A program made the translations under genes and the position numbers. This document shows, one piece after another, positions 18,850-20,000 of a stretch of 20,000 nt of DNA. The stretch is from Psammoneis japonica (lineage: Eukaryota). The notes beneath the pieces were generated by a model that made no database searches, was not told the origin of the DNA, and saw only the letters and a list, made by a program, of their open reading frames with translations. Location: the NCBI GenBank assembly GCA_008632985.1, contig QPGO01000197.1, positions 115,713 to 135,712 of the forward strand. The letters run 5' to 3'. How positions within the stretch are numbered: position 1 is the stretch's first letter; each line of letters begins with the position of its first letter.

Positions 18850-20000
18850 CATCAAAGTGCTCAAGATGACACATCATCTTGAACCAATGCAAGGGCCTTT
18901 TTCATCAATTCTGTGGATGAAGGCTCCACTTTTTTGAACACATCATCTGTGACATCAATGTCATGGAATGACCAAGATGGCAATGAATTTCCTTTTGTTT
19001 TAAATGTGCCACCAAAAGGTGAAAGAAGTCAAGAAGCTGCCACACGGAGGACCCAAAGAGCTTGCACAGGGAAACTCAAGTCATGGTTTTTGATGGAAAT
19101 GATGATGGCAATGATGTGATTTTGGATTGATCTTTCGACTCTCTTCCCTTTGAGACTTGGAAAAGTTTGTCACATCAGATTTGGGGGCAAACGGCATTGA
19201 AGCCACCCAGGCAAGAAGTGAAAAACATCTTTGCTGCTTTCGCCAAAGACATCAACCATGAAACAGATCAAGATGTTCTTTTTCTGCTTCTCTCTGATTC
19301 AATGGATTGTGAGCTGCCCCCTTGTGATTGCAGCTCAAAAAATGTTGCCAGGAGACCTGCCACCTGCTAGAATCAAAAGCAAAATCAGGTTGAAGCTGTC
19401 AGCTCACTGGTGCTCTCCATGCCAAGCCCCTTTGCAACCATTTTACAAACACCACAATCACTCATGGACTCCTTCATGCCTTTGAATTTTCTGTGACAAG
19501 CTGTGCTTGCAACTGGAGACTTTAACTTTGAACGCTGTGCTCACAAATTCTGTGCAACAAGTGCAAATCATTTGTGTCTTTCCCAATGCTGTGCCTCAAT
19601 GCCAAAGCTTTGTCACTGTGCAATCAAAACCAAAATCAGATGCAAGCACAATCATTTCCCCAGTTGTCCAGAATCTGTGCTAAGATGCCACCGACAACAC
19701 CATCTTTGCAGCTGAAGCTGTCAGCAATGTTTCAGGCAGAGCACTGCAGGATGCTGCGCGTGACGAGCATTCAAGCACTTTCCTCACTTTTGCCCAAGAC
19801 TTGAAAGGTTGAACACTGCTGGACTCCTCGTTGATCTGCACTCAAACAAGACCACTTCAAAAGGATCTCCATGTCAAAACCAATGCCTTTGCACCTGACT
19901 TTGTCGCAGGCTTGTTGCTGTCCTCCAGATGTGCAACAGACTCAGAGTTTTTCCAATTATTGAAGCGGCACTCCCTCTTGTTCACTGTGGTTGTTGCTTT

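Larger units (their letters stand above)
17559..20000. repeat. TpA-depleted, decayed repeat/TE-like domain; possible hAT-like end TAGGGCCCTA at 17559
   Basis: TpA falls off over about 17560-17780 and is nearly absent afterwards. Only broken, Cys/His-rich ORFs. The family assignment is weak. Confidence 0.45.

Noticed and set aside
18850..20000. Fragmentary plus-strand coding-like sequence
   Set aside because: Too decayed to identify; no transposase or reverse transcriptase motifs recognised.

Overview
Eukaryotic genomic DNA, probably a diatom or other stramenopile (inferred from the gene families and a 74-bp GT-AG intron with a CTAAC branch point). The window alternates between two sequence states. 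TpA-normal domains (about 750-3850 and 12500-17620) hold apparently functional genes: a secreted CE2/SGNH esterase, a MYND zinc-finger protein, a sulfotransferase-like protein and a SAM-GAF-GAF-double class III cyclase. TpA-stripped domains (1-600, about 3950-12480, about 17780-20000) hold a Ty3/Gypsy 3' end, two decayed copies of the CE2 gene, a CHAT-domain pseudogene, two related MITEs with 4-bp TSDs and other decayed sequence. Main finding: in a hand alignment of the intact CE2 gene with its neighbouring copy, about 26 of 27 TpA sites are lost (23 as TA->TG or TA->CA), against about 28 of 44 CpG sites. This suggests a RIP-like hypermutation that targets TpA, spares the active copy and is confined to repeat-rich domains. 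All counts are manual and approximate.
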